A stretch of DNA of 64,000 nt from Bryobacterales bacterium (lineage in GTDB: Bacteria > Acidobacteriota > Terriglobia > Bryobacterales > Bryobacteraceae). The DNA lies in NCBI GenBank assembly GCA_963728965.1, contig CAVSMH010000010.1, positions 212,573-276,572 of the forward strand, in the 5' to 3' direction. Positions 9,331 to 18,882 of the stretch are shown in pieces (the stretch's first letter is position 1; every line of letters begins with the position of its first letter). The notes beneath the pieces are model-generated. The model had not been told where the DNA came from. It worked only from the letters and a program-made list of their open reading frames with translations, and searched no databases. A program made the translations under genes and the position numbers.

Positions 9331-12300
9331 ATGTCCAGAGTCCTTCACGCAAGCAGTGTCTTCGTTTTTCTAGCCGCCTCCCTGTTGGCTCAAACGGATC
9401 GCGGAACCATTACCGGTACGGTCGTGGATACCAGCGGCGCGGTGATTGCCGGCGCCAAAATCCTGTTGGTCAATAGCGAAACCGATCTCAAACAGGATAC
9501 CGTCACGACGTCTACCGGCAATTACACGCTTACCGCATTGCCCGCCGGCGTCTACACGCTGTCGGTGGAGCAGACCGGATTCAACCGGTATCAGCAGAGC
9601 AATATCCAGATCCAGGTCGCCGTGACCACGCGCGTGGACGTCACCCTGACCGTGGGCCAGACCACCGAGTCCATCGAGGTCACGGCCGATGCGAGCATGC
9701 TCAAGACGGAAAGCGCGGAACAGTCGAGCACGATTTCGGGCAAGACCATCAATGAGCTGCCCGTCAATTTCGGCATCGGCGCCGGGGCCATTCGCAATCC
9801 GTTGTCCTTCGTGCAATTGACGCCCGGCGCCACGATCTCCGGTTGGAACACCATCCAGGTGAACGGATTGCCCGCGGGCTCGTTCCGCATCCTCTTCGAG
9901 GGGCAGGAATCCAATAACGGGCTCGACGGCCGGGTCTCCGATGAGACTCAGCCCTCCGTGGAAGCGATTCAGGAATTCACGCTGCAAACCTCGAACTTCG
10001 CCGCCGAATTCGGGCAGGTGGGCGGCGGCCTCTTCAATTTCACCTCGCGCAGCGGAACCAACCAGATTCACGGCAGCGCCTACTCTTACTTCGCCAACGA
10101 AGCCCTGAACGCGGGCATGCCCTACACCGACGACGGCTTGGGCCACCACTTCCGGCCGCAAGAACGGCGCATCGATGCCGGCGTCTCCTTCGGCGGGCCG
10201 GTCTACATTCCCAAGCTCTACAACGGCCGGAACCGCACCTTCTTCTTCTTCAATTACGAGAAATACCGCGACCGCCAGAATGCGTACATGGGCTTGGGAA
10301 CCGTGCCTACCGCGAAGATGCGGAACGGTGATTTCAGCGAAGTGCTGACCAACCGGAACCTGGGCACGGATTTCGCCGGCCGCGCGCTTCTCGAAAACAC
10401 GATTTATGATCCGCTGACGCGCACCACCGACGCCAGCGGCAGGTTCATCGTGAATCCGTTCGCCGGCAACCTCATCCCGTCCACCCGGCTCGATCCGGTC
10501 GCCTTGAAGATCCTGGACTATATCCCGAATGCGACCAATCCCAACAGCATCGTGAACAATTACGAACTGCGGAATCCGTTCCATAAGATTCAGGACCTGC
10601 CTTCCTTCAAGATCGACCACAACCTGAACTCATCCAGCCGCCTCAGCGGCTACTTCGCCGACGAGATCACCGACAAGGATGTGGGGCAGGACGGGTACCC
10701 GGATCCGATTTCGATCCGCCGGGCGCTGCACATCAAGGGCATCAACGCCCGCGTGAATTACGACCAGTCGCTTTCGCCGACCCTGCTTCTGCACATGGGC
10801 GCGGGGGTGCAGCGCTATGTGAACCCGGACACGGCTCCCCCCAATATCACCAACTTCGATTCCGCGGGCCTGCTCGGCATCCAGGGCGCGCCAGGGACGG
10901 GCTTCGTCCGCCTTTCCGGCGTGGGCACCAATACCTATGGCGGACTGGCGCAGTCGTCGATTGCGACATCGACTTCGTTCGGGCCGGTGGGCCGCGGCAA
11001 ATTCTCCGGTACGAAACCAACCGCGCTGGCGCAGGTCACCTGGGTCCACAATAACCACACATACAAGACCGGCAGCGAATGGAAGATCGACGCGTTCAGC
11101 AACTACTCAGCCACCGGCCTTGCGCCGATTTTCGGCTTCAGTTCCGGACAGACCGGGCAGCCGTTGTACGGCGGAACCCTGCCAGGCGGCACTACCATCG
11201 GCCATCCGTTCGCGAGCTTCCTGCTGGGGCAGTTCAACAGCGCCAACATTTCCAACGTGCAGGCGCCGCAATACCGTAAGTCGTCGTGGGCGTTCTACGT
11301 GCAGGACACGTGGAAGGTCAGCCGCAAACTCACGCTCGACTACGGCATCCGCTACGACCTGCAAAAGCCGCAGCGCGAGCTGAACGCGCGCACCAGCGGA
11401 TTCAACCAGGCCATCGTCAACCCGAATGCCAACGGCATGCTGGGCGGCGTGATCTATGAAGGCAACGGGCCGGGGCGCTGCAATTGCGACCTGGTGGCGA
11501 CCTATCCATACGCCGTGGCGCCGCGCATCGGCGTCGCCTATCAATTGACACCCAAGACGGTGCTGCGCGGCGGATGGGGACTCGTCTACGGGCAGAGCAA
11601 TATCTTCGCCTATATCGGTGGCGGCAACAGCCAGGGCATGGGCTTCAATACCATCAACTTCACCTCGCCGGGCAATGGCGTGGAAGCGGGCACGCTGGCG
11701 AATGGCTTGAGCTGGGATCCTGCCGTGCTGTACGGCGCCAGTTATAATCCGGGCCTCCTGGTGAATCCCGGTGCTGCTGTCCAAAACGCGCCCAACGTGC
11801 TCGACCCCAATGGCGGCCGTCCTCCGCGCATCAATCAGTGGAACGTTTCGGTGCAGCGCGAAGTGACCAAGGACCTCGTTCTCGAAGTCTCCTACGTCGG
11901 CAACCGCAGTGTGTGGCTGAACCAGAATGGCCTGATCAACTACAACGCAGTGGACCCGAACCGCTTGACGGCTTTGGGCATCGACATTACCAATCCCACC
12001 GACCGCACCCTGCTCACGTCCTCCATCACCTCGACGGTCGCGGTGAATCGCGGCTTCACTAAGCCCTATCCCAATTTCCCCAACACCGGCACGGTCATCC
12101 AGAGCCTGCGTCCGTTTCCGCAGTACGGCGGCATCGGCTCAATGTGGGCGCCACTCGGCAAAACCTGGTACGACGCCCTTCAGGCAAAGGCCACCAAGCG
12201 CTTTTCGCGCGGCCTGGAGTTCACCGCCTCGTATGCATTTTCGAAGAACCTGGACAACTGGGAAGGTTCGGGCAACATTTTCGACCGCGACAGTTTCAAG

Positions 12301-12948
12301 AGCCTGGCGGCGAGCAGCCTGCCGCACGTGCTCACGGCGAGCGTCAATTACCGCGTAACCTCGCATGGTTTCGTTGCCCGCAACCGGTTCACGCGCCTGG
12401 TCCTGGCGAACTGGAATGTCGGCGCGGTGCTGCAATACACCAGCGGCGGACTGCTCCAGGCGCCCGGCTCGACGAACAGCCTCGGCACCTATCTGCCGGG
12501 GCAGGGAACCCGCCAGTTCCGCGTGGCCGGCCAACCGCTGTTCCTGAAAGATCCGAACTGCGGCTGCATCGATCCGACGCAGGAGACGATTCTGAATCCG
12601 AAGGCTTGGGTGGACCAGGCCCCAGGCGTGTGGGGAACGGCTGCGAACTGGTACAACGATTTCCGCGGCCAGCGCCGTCCGGCGGAGTCGATGAGCCTCG
12701 GGAAGACGTTTCCCATTCACGAGCGCGCGCGCATCAGCTTCCGGGCCGAGTTCTTCAACATCTTCAACCGGCTCGAATCGTTCCCGAATCCCAGCACGGC
12801 CAACCCCGCCACACCGCCCACGCGGTCTAACGGGCTGCTGACTGGAGGATTCGGCTTCATCAACTACACCCAGATCACCAGCAACAGCCAGAACAACGCC
12901 TATCCGTCACCGCGCACGGGGCAGGTGGTGTTGCGCTTCGAGTTCTGA
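9331..12948 (+). CDS. TonB-dependent receptor with N-terminal carboxypeptidase-regulatory-like domain
   Basis: Signal peptide MSRVLHASSVFVFLAASLLAQ. CarboxypepD_reg-like segment TGTVVDTSGAVIAGAKILLVNSETD...YTLTALPAGVYTLSVEQTGF. Plug plus a ~1000-aa barrel, ending ...VVLRFEF. ATG 9331 (AAGG 7 nt upstream) is preferred over the ORF-track GTG 9274. Confidence 0.85.
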   Translation: MSRVLHASSVFVFLAASLLAQTDRGTITGTVVDTSGAVIAGAKILLVNSETDLKQDTVTTSTGNYTLTALPAGVYTLSVEQTGFNRYQQSNIQIQVAVTTRVDVTLTVGQTTESIEVTADASMLKTESAEQSSTISGKTINELPVNFGIGAGAIRNPLSFVQLTPGATISGWNTIQVNGLPAGSFRILFEGQESNNGLDGRVSDETQPSVEAIQEFTLQTSNFAAEFGQVGGGLFNFTSRSGTNQIHGSAYSYFANEALNAGMPYTDDGLGHHFRPQERRIDAGVSFGGPVYIPKLYNGRNRTFFFFNYEKYRDRQNAYMGLGTVPTAKMRNGDFSEVLTNRNLGTDFAGRALLENTIYDPLTRTTDASGRFIVNPFAGNLIPSTRLDPVALKILDYIPNATNPNSIVNNYELRNPFHKIQDLPSFKIDHNLNSSSRLSGYFADEITDKDVGQDGYPDPISIRRALHIKGINARVNYDQSLSPTLLLHMGAGVQRYVNPDTAPPNITNFDSAGLLGIQGAPGTGFVRLSGVGTNTYGGLAQSSIATSTSFGPVGRGKFSGTKPTALAQVTWVHNNHTYKTGSEWKIDAFSNYSATGLAPIFGFSSGQTGQPLYGGTLPGGTTIGHPFASFLLGQFNSANISNVQAPQYRKSSWAFYVQDTWKVSRKLTLDYGIRYDLQKPQRELNARTSGFNQAIVNPNANGMLGGVIYEGNGPGRCNCDLVATYPYAVAPRIGVAYQLTPKTVLRGGWGLVYGQSNIFAYIGGGNSQGMGFNTINFTSPGNGVEAGTLANGLSWDPAVLYGASYNPGLLVNPGAAVQNAPNVLDPNGGRPPRINQWNVSVQREVTKDLVLEVSYVGNRSVWLNQNGLINYNAVDPNRLTALGIDITNPTDRTLLTSSITSTVAVNRGFTKPYPNFPNTGTVIQSLRPFPQYGGIGSMWAPLGKTWYDALQAKATKRFSRGLEFTASYAFSKNLDNWEGSGNIFDRDSFKSLAASSLPHVLTASVNYRVTSHGFVARNRFTRLVLANWNVGAVLQYTSGGLLQAPGSTNSLGTYLPGQGTRQFRVAGQPLFLKDPNCGCIDPTQETILNPKAWVDQAPGVWGTAANWYNDFRGQRRPAESMSLGKTFPIHERARISFRAEFFNIFNRLESFPNPSTANPATPPTRSNGLLTGGFGFINYTQITSNSQNNAYPSPRTGQVVLRFEF

Positions 12949-13114
12949 TCGGAGTCACGCGCTGGCGTCGCCCTGGGGGCCGGCAGGCCTCTCGGGCGCG
13001 CGCCGGCCCACCATCAGCCACACCGGGAGCCGCGGCAGATGGAACTCTGCGGGCTGCACATGGCGTGGCGCAGTTAAGGCCGCATGGATCGAATAAAATA
13101 AGTCAAGGTTCTTG

Positions 13115-14521
13115 ATGCTGTTCCTCGTCGCGGCGTTCTTTGTGGGTAGCCAGGAATGCCAGACATGCCACGCCACCATCGCAGAGAAGTACTCCCGAAC
13201 CGCTATGGCGCAGTCGAGCGGTCCGGTGAAGTCGGTCGCACCGGCGGAGTTCATGGCGGCGGGGCAGGCCTACCGCATCGCCGGCAACCGCCTGTTTGCA
13301 GGGACGGCCAGCGTCGCGTTCGATTACTTCATCGGCTCCAATACCCGCGGCCGGACCTGGCTGTACCAGCGAGATGGCTACCTCTTCGAGCTGCCGGTAA
13401 GCTGGTACGTCCAGACGCAGTCCTGGGATGCTTCGCCTGGCTATGAGCAGTACCGCCACGCGCGTTTCGACCGGCCGGTGGAAGACAGTTGCCTTGGCTG
13501 CCATGCCAGCCGCGTGCGCGTGGTCCGAGACACTCAGAACCGCTTCGGTGAGCCCCCCTTCGCCGACAACGGCGTCTCGTGCGAGCGTTGTCATGGCCCG
13601 GGCAGCGAGCACGTTCAGAATCCCGCCGCCGCGCCCATGGTGAACCCCGCCGCGCTCGATCCGGAGCGGCGCGATTCCGTCTGCGCCCAGTGCCACCTCT
13701 CGGGAGTAAGCCGCGTGACCCGTGCCGGCCGCCGCTTCGCCGATTTCCGCGCCGGCGAGAAGATCGCCGACTACGCCACCTATTTTGTCTGGGACGCCGC
13801 GCATCAGGATCTGAAGGTCACCAGCCACGTCGAGCGGCTGGCTGCCAGCGCGTGCAAACGGGCCGCGGGCGACGCGCTCTGGTGCGGTTCGTGTCACGAC
13901 CCGCATACCGACGCGAATCGCACCCAGGCGGCGTGTGTCGGATGTCACTCCGAGGCACACCACGCGAAAGAAGAGTGTGCCACGTGCCACATGCCCAAGG
14001 CCGCCGCCGTGGATGCCGGCCACGGCGTGTTCACCGACCACTCCATCCCTCGCGTCCCCAGGCATGCCGCCCAGCACGCCGGCCAAAAACACCTGGTGGC
14101 CTTCCTCGGTGCCGCGGACGATCGGGCCTGGGGAATCGCCTACGCCGAGGCCGGCGACGGCCGCGCCCGCCAACATCTGCTCCGCGCCCAGCCGGCGGAC
14201 GCACAGGTTCTGCTGCGGCTGGCGGTCTCGGAGCCGGATGCCCGGCGCGCCGCCTCGCAATACCAGTCCGTGCTGCGCGAGGACCCTGGGAACGTGACTG
14301 CCTTGGTGAACCTGGGCGTCTTCTATGCGCGGGCTGGAGGCACCGAGGAGGCGGCCAAACTGTGGCGGCGGGCCTTGGACGCGAATCCCGCGATCGAAGG
14401 CGCCGCCGTGAATCTGTCGCAGGTTCTGCCGCGCGATCAGGCGCGCCAGGTGCTGGAGCGTTATTTGAGCTTCAACCCGGGCTCCACCCCCGCGCGCGCT
14501 CTGCTGGATGCGCTGCACTGA
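13115..14521 (+). CDS. Multihaem (7 x CxxCH) c-type cytochrome fused to TPR-like repeats
   Basis: Haem motifs CQTCH, CLGCH, CERCH, CAQCH, CGSCH, CVGCH and CATCH. Helical TPR-like C-terminus (...ALVNLGVFYARAGGTEEAAKLWRRALDANP...). Short hydrophobic N-terminus. AAGG lies 6 nt before ATG 13115 (TTG 13112 is an alternative start). Confidence 0.8.
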   Translation: MLFLVAAFFVGSQECQTCHATIAEKYSRTAMAQSSGPVKSVAPAEFMAAGQAYRIAGNRLFAGTASVAFDYFIGSNTRGRTWLYQRDGYLFELPVSWYVQTQSWDASPGYEQYRHARFDRPVEDSCLGCHASRVRVVRDTQNRFGEPPFADNGVSCERCHGPGSEHVQNPAAAPMVNPAALDPERRDSVCAQCHLSGVSRVTRAGRRFADFRAGEKIADYATYFVWDAAHQDLKVTSHVERLAASACKRAAGDALWCGSCHDPHTDANRTQAACVGCHSEAHHAKEECATCHMPKAAAVDAGHGVFTDHSIPRVPRHAAQHAGQKHLVAFLGAADDRAWGIAYAEAGDGRARQHLLRAQPADAQVLLRLAVSEPDARRAASQYQSVLREDPGNVTALVNLGVFYARAGGTEEAAKLWRRALDANPAIEGAAVNLSQVLPRDQARQVLERYLSFNPGSTPARALLDALH

Positions 14522-14533
14522 TCCCCATGCATG

Positions 14534-14569
14534 CCGGCGCGGCGCAGACTCTCGTGTCTGTCGCGCCGG
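14534..14569. terminator. GC-rich imperfect hairpin between convergent genes (candidate bidirectional terminator, no U tract)
   Basis: CCGGCGCG (14534-14541) pairs with CGCGCCGG (14562-14569). Inner AGAC/GTCT pairing (14546-14549 / 14556-14559). It lies between stop 14521 (+) and stop 14595 (-). Confidence 0.3.
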
Positions 14570-14594
14570 GACTTCTCTCGGCGGTGCTTTTCGC

Positions 14595-15437
14595 TTATAC
14601 CGTGAAAATCTCGATCGCCCGTTTCAGGCTGGCCTGCGGGTCGCGCCCCTGTGCCGGCGAATATTCGTGTCCCACGTAGCCCGTGAAATTCACGTCCGCG
14701 ATTGCCTGCGCGATAAACCGATAGTTCAGTTCCTGGGTCTCGTCGAGTTCGTGCCGCCCCGGGTTTCCCCCCGTGTGGAAGTGCCCGATCCATTGCAGAT
14801 GATCGCGGATGTTCCGCACGATATCGCCGTCCATGATCTGCGCATGGTAGATGTCGTACAGGATCTTCACCCGCGGCGAGCCGACCCGCTTCATTACGTC
14901 CACGCCCCAGGCGATGTGATCGAACATGTAGTCCTTGTGGTTGACCTTGCTGTTCAGGTACTCCATGCAGATCGTCACGCCCTTGTCCTCGGCGTGCGCC
15001 TTGACCTTGTTCAAAAACGTGACGCAGTTCTCCGCTCCACGCGCGTCTTCCATGCCGGCCCGGTTGCCCGAGAAAGTAATGACGTTCGGCACGCCATTGG
15101 CCGCCGCTTCGTCGATGGCGGCGTGGAAGGGCTTCTCGAATCGCTCGTGGTTTTCCACCCGGTTCAGTCCATTTTGGATGCCCGTTCCGCCGCCGCCCGG
15201 GTACATGGTCGGCGTGAGCCCATACTTCTTCAAGGTCGGCCAGTCCGCCGGCCCGATCAGGTCATACCCCACAATTCCCATGCTGGCGGCGAGCTTGCAG
15301 GTCTCTTCGAAATTCGCGCCGCGGCCGAAGACACCGCGGGTGACCGTCTGTTTCAAACGTCCTGTATGTGAATTGGCGGGCGCCTGGGCCCACGCGGCGG
15401 ACGCGGCAACAACTGGAAAGAAGTCTCTACGACGCAT
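14595..15437 (-). CDS. Tat-exported hydroxypyruvate-isomerase / xylose-isomerase-like TIM-barrel protein
   Basis: Twin-arginine signal MRRRDFFPVVAASAAWAQA. Family blocks ICMEYLN, ILYDIYHAQIMDGD, GHFHTGGNPGRHE and GYVGHEYSP. ATG 15437 is chosen over the longer ORF-track start 15473. Confidence 0.8.
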   Translation of the reverse strand: MRRRDFFPVVAASAAWAQAPANSHTGRLKQTVTRGVFGRGANFEETCKLAASMGIVGYDLIGPADWPTLKKYGLTPTMYPGGGGTGIQNGLNRVENHERFEKPFHAAIDEAAANGVPNVITFSGNRAGMEDARGAENCVTFLNKVKAHAEDKGVTICMEYLNSKVNHKDYMFDHIAWGVDVMKRVGSPRVKILYDIYHAQIMDGDIVRNIRDHLQWIGHFHTGGNPGRHELDETQELNYRFIAQAIADVNFTGYVGHEYSPAQGRDPQASLKRAIEIFTV

Positions 15438-15514
15438 GACAGCATGAGTAACACAGGGCGCTCGCCCGCGCAATTTTCTCCGTCATCCCGCCGGCGGTGT
15501 GGGACGATGGAACA

Positions 15515-16879
15515 ATGGACGATGCGCTCCTGTTGCACCGCATCCATTTTGCGTTCACGGTTACTTTTCACTACCTGTTTCCGCAGCTCACTATGGGGCT
15601 CGCGCCCCTCATCGTCGTCTTCAAAACCCTGTACCTGCGAACCAATAACCCGCTCTACAACCGCTCGGCGCGCTTCTGGGCCAAGGTGTTCGGCATCAAC
15701 TTCGTTATGGGCGTGGTCACCGGCATCCCCATGGAGTTTCAGTTCGGCACCAACTGGTCCCAGTTTGCGCGGCTCACCGGCGGCGTCATCGGCCAGCCGC
15801 TGGTCATGGAGGGCGTGTTCTCGTTTTTCCTCGAATCCGCCTTTCTCGGCCTGTTTCTCTTCGGCGAGCGCCGGCTCAGCCGCTTGGCTCACTGGTGGAT
15901 GGCCGTCGCGGTCTTCGCCGGTTCCTGGCTCTCCGGCTTTTTCATCATCGTTACCAACGCCTGGATGCAGCACCCGGTCGCCTATCAGCGCATGCCCGAC
16001 GGTACCTTCAACGTCACCAGTTTCTGGGGCCTGCTCTTCAACCCCTGGGGGCTGATTCAGTACGCTCACAACATGTGCGGGGCGCTCATCACGGGCGCTT
16101 TCGTGATGGCCGCGGTCGGCGCTTATTACCTGCTCGAAAACCGGTTCGCCGAGCAGGGCCGCGCCTTTCTGCGCGTTTCCGTCATCGCCGGAATCATCGC
16201 TTGCATAGCCCAGATCTTCCCCACCGGCGATATCCACGGCAAGTACCTGGCTGTCCATCAGCCCATCACCACCGCCGCCATGGAAGGCCTCTTCCGCACC
16301 GAGACCGGCGCCCCCATCGTCATCCTGGGCCAGCCGGATGCCGAGAGCGAGCGCATCGACAACCCGCTCACCGCCAACCGGGTGCTGAGCTTCCTGATCT
16401 ACGGCACCCCCACCGCGGCCGTCAAAGGCCTCAACGAATTCCCTAAAACCGACTGGCCCACCAACATCCCACTGCTGTTCTACAGCTATCACATCATGGC
16501 CGGCCTGGGGACCCTGTTCGTGGCGGCCATGGGCGCGGCCGCGTTCCTATTGTGGCGCGGCAGGCTCTACCGCACGCGATGGATGCTGTGGATTCTGCTG
16601 CTCTGCGCCCCCTTGCCTTACGTGGCCAACACCGCGGGCTGGCTTACCGCGGAAATGGGCCGCCAGCCGTGGGTCGTCTACGGGCTCATGCGCACCAGCA
16701 CCGGCTATTCGAAGTACGTCCACGCCGGCAACGGCCTCTTTACCCTGCTCGGCTTCATGGGCATGTACACTCTGCTCGCCGTGCTTTTCCTGTTTCTGCT
16801 GAGCCGCGAAATCGCCCGCGGTCCGGTGGACGACTCTGCCGCCGACATCACCTCGGGAGTGTCCGTCACATGCTCCTGA
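15515..16879 (+). CDS. cydA: Cytochrome bd ubiquinol oxidase subunit I
   Basis: N-terminus MDDALLLHRIHFAFTVTFHYLFPQLTMG matches the CydA start. EMGRQPWVVYG motif near the C-terminus. Polytopic membrane protein. Confidence 0.9.
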   Translation: MDDALLLHRIHFAFTVTFHYLFPQLTMGLAPLIVVFKTLYLRTNNPLYNRSARFWAKVFGINFVMGVVTGIPMEFQFGTNWSQFARLTGGVIGQPLVMEGVFSFFLESAFLGLFLFGERRLSRLAHWWMAVAVFAGSWLSGFFIIVTNAWMQHPVAYQRMPDGTFNVTSFWGLLFNPWGLIQYAHNMCGALITGAFVMAAVGAYYLLENRFAEQGRAFLRVSVIAGIIACIAQIFPTGDIHGKYLAVHQPITTAAMEGLFRTETGAPIVILGQPDAESERIDNPLTANRVLSFLIYGTPTAAVKGLNEFPKTDWPTNIPLLFYSYHIMAGLGTLFVAAMGAAAFLLWRGRLYRTRWMLWILLLCAPLPYVANTAGWLTAEMGRQPWVVYGLMRTSTGYSKYVHAGNGLFTLLGFMGMYTLLAVLFLFLLSREIARGPVDDSAADITSGVSVTCS

Positions 16880-17913
16880 CCTGGTTTCTGCTGGTAGCCG
16901 TCATGATCACCGCCTACGTGGTCCTGGACGGGTTCGACCTCGGCGCCGGCGTGCTGCACCTCTTCCTGGCCCGCAACGAAGAAGAGCGCCGCCTCATCAT
17001 CCGCAGCATCGGCCCGGTGTGGGACGGTAACGAAGTCTGGCTGCTGGCCGGCGGCGGCACGCTCTATTTCGCCTTCCCCCTGCTCTACGCCTCCGGCTTC
17101 AGCGGCTTCTATCTGCCGCTCATGATGGTCTTGTGGCTGCTCATTCTGCGCGGCATCGGCGTCGAACTGCGCATGCATCTCGATTCGCCGGTGTGGCGCG
17201 GTCTGTTCGACGGCTGCTTCGGCATCGGCAGCCTGCTGTTGACCGTCTTCTACGGCGCCGCGCTCGGCAACGTGATTCGCGGCGTTCCGCTCGAACCCGA
17301 CGGCTACTTCTTTCTGCCGCTGTGGACCAACTGGAACGTCGGTCCGCAGCCGGGCGTGCTCGACTGGTACACGGTGATTGCGGGAGTGGTCGCCCTGGTG
17401 GCACTGTCGCTGCACGGCGCCAACTACGTGGCGATCAAAACCACCGGGGACTTCAATGCCCGCGCTCGCCGCGCCTCCCGCCTGCTCTCGCCGGTGCTGG
17501 TTCTGCTCACCGCCGGCAGCCTCGCCGCGACGCTTGCGATCCGTCCCGCGCTGCTCGACAACTATCTCCGCTTTCCAGTGCTGTTCGTGATTCCGGTGCT
17601 GGTAGCAGCCTCGCTCGCCACCCTCTGGAACGCCAACCGCCAAAACCTCGAACGTGCCGCGTTTCTGAGTTCCTGCGCGTATCTCGTGTTCATGCTCGTC
17701 GGTGCGGCGGCCGCGGTCTACCCGAACCTGCTGGTCTCGACCACCGATCCCGCGCGCAACATCACCGTCTACAACGCCCATTCCGGCGAGCACTCGCTGG
17801 CCGTAGGTCTCATCTGGTGGGGCTTCGGAATGGCCCTGGCGGTCGCATACTTCACATTCGTCTATCGCATGTTCCGCGGCAAAATCTCTCCCGCCGCCGG
17901 CGGTCACTACTAA
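16870..17913 (+). CDS. cydB: Cytochrome bd ubiquinol oxidase subunit II
   Basis: MLLTWFLLVAVMITAYVVLDGFDLGAGVLHLF... is a typical CydB N-terminus. ATG 16870 overlaps the cydA stop (16877-16879). The upstream part of ORF 16552.. is out-of-frame overlap with cydA. Confidence 0.9.
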   Translation: MLLTWFLLVAVMITAYVVLDGFDLGAGVLHLFLARNEEERRLIIRSIGPVWDGNEVWLLAGGGTLYFAFPLLYASGFSGFYLPLMMVLWLLILRGIGVELRMHLDSPVWRGLFDGCFGIGSLLLTVFYGAALGNVIRGVPLEPDGYFFLPLWTNWNVGPQPGVLDWYTVIAGVVALVALSLHGANYVAIKTTGDFNARARRASRLLSPVLVLLTAGSLAATLAIRPALLDNYLRFPVLFVIPVLVAASLATLWNANRQNLERAAFLSSCAYLVFMLVGAAAAVYPNLLVSTTDPARNITVYNAHSGEHSLAVGLIWWGFGMALAVAYFTFVYRMFRGKISPAAGGHY

Positions 17914-17964
17914 GTCCGACAGACCAGGCACATCTCGTTCTCGGTGCTTTCGCTGCAACAGGGT

Positions 17965-17970
17965 TAGAAT
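17965..17970 (+). promoter_or_regulatory. -10-like box TAGAAT 7 nt upstream of GTG 17978 (candidate leaderless promoter)
   Basis: Sequence is gggtTAGAATacggagcGTG. No usable Shine-Dalgarno spacing. Confidence 0.3.
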
Positions 17971-17977
17971 ACGGAGC

Positions 17978-18865
17978 GTGACACCTCCTACTCGCCGTCA
18001 GTTTGTCTCCACCCTGGCCGCGGCCCCGCTGGCCGCCGCCGCCGCGGCGCCGGCGCGCCTGCCCATCCGAAAAGCCGTCTGGTACGGCATGCTTCCGAAA
18101 GCCCTCGGAATTCCCGAAAAGTTCCAACTGGCCAAGGACTGCGGCTTCGAAGCCATCGAGTGCCCCACCACGCCCGATGCCACCGAAGCCGAAGAGATGC
18201 TCGGCGCCTCGAAGAAAATCGGCCTGCCCATCCACTCCGTGATGAACCAGGAGCACTGGCGCAGCCCGCTTTCCTCTCCCGATCCGGCCGTCGTCGAAAA
18301 GAGCATGGAAGGCATGCGCACCAGCCTCCACAATGCGAAGCTCTGGGGCGCCGACACCGTGCTGCTGGTGCCTGCCGTCGTGACTGCCGACGTCACTTAT
18401 GCCCAGGCATGGGAGCGCAGCCAGCGCCACATCCGCCAGCTCCTGCCCCTCGCCGCCGAAGTGAAAGTAATCATCGGGATCGAAGACGTGTGGAACAAGT
18501 TCCTGTTGAGCCCGCTCGAAATGGCGCGCTACGTGGACGAGTTCCAGAGCCCCTGGGTCCGGGCCTACTTCGATATCGGCAACGTGGCCATCAACGGCTA
18601 CCCGCAGGACTGGATCCGTACGCTCGGCAAGCGCATCGTGAAGCTGCACGTGAAGGACTTCGCCTTCAAGAGCAATCCCGCCATCCGTAAGCGGGTACCG
18701 GATTTCACGGCGCTGCTCGAAGGCGAAATCGACTGGAAGGCCGTCCACGCCGCGCTCACCGATATCGGGTACAAAGGCACGGCCACAGTCGAACTCCCCG
18801 GAGGTGATGCCGACTATCTCAAAGAGGTGAGTAAGCGCTTCGACCGGATCCTCGACGGCGTGTAG
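17978..18865 (+). CDS. Tat-exported sugar phosphate isomerase/epimerase-like (xylose isomerase fold) TIM-barrel protein
   Basis: Twin-arginine signal MTPPTRRQFVSTLAAAPLAAAAAAPA. Blocks IGIEDVWNKF, YFDIGNV and KLHVKDF are typical of the AP_endonuc_2 fold. Confidence 0.8.
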   Translation: MTPPTRRQFVSTLAAAPLAAAAAAPARLPIRKAVWYGMLPKALGIPEKFQLAKDCGFEAIECPTTPDATEAEEMLGASKKIGLPIHSVMNQEHWRSPLSSPDPAVVEKSMEGMRTSLHNAKLWGADTVLLVPAVVTADVTYAQAWERSQRHIRQLLPLAAEVKVIIGIEDVWNKFLLSPLEMARYVDEFQSPWVRAYFDIGNVAINGYPQDWIRTLGKRIVKLHVKDFAFKSNPAIRKRVPDFTALLEGEIDWKAVHAALTDIGYKGTATVELPGGDADYLKEVSKRFDRILDGV

Positions 18866-18882
18866 CACCCCGCTCGGCCGGC

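Noticed and set aside
12977-13009. 8-bp GC stem (GGGCCGGC / GCCGGCCC) after the TonB receptor gene as a terminator
   Set aside because: It has a 17-nt loop and no U tract. It could still matter in a GC-rich organism, but the evidence is too weak to call.
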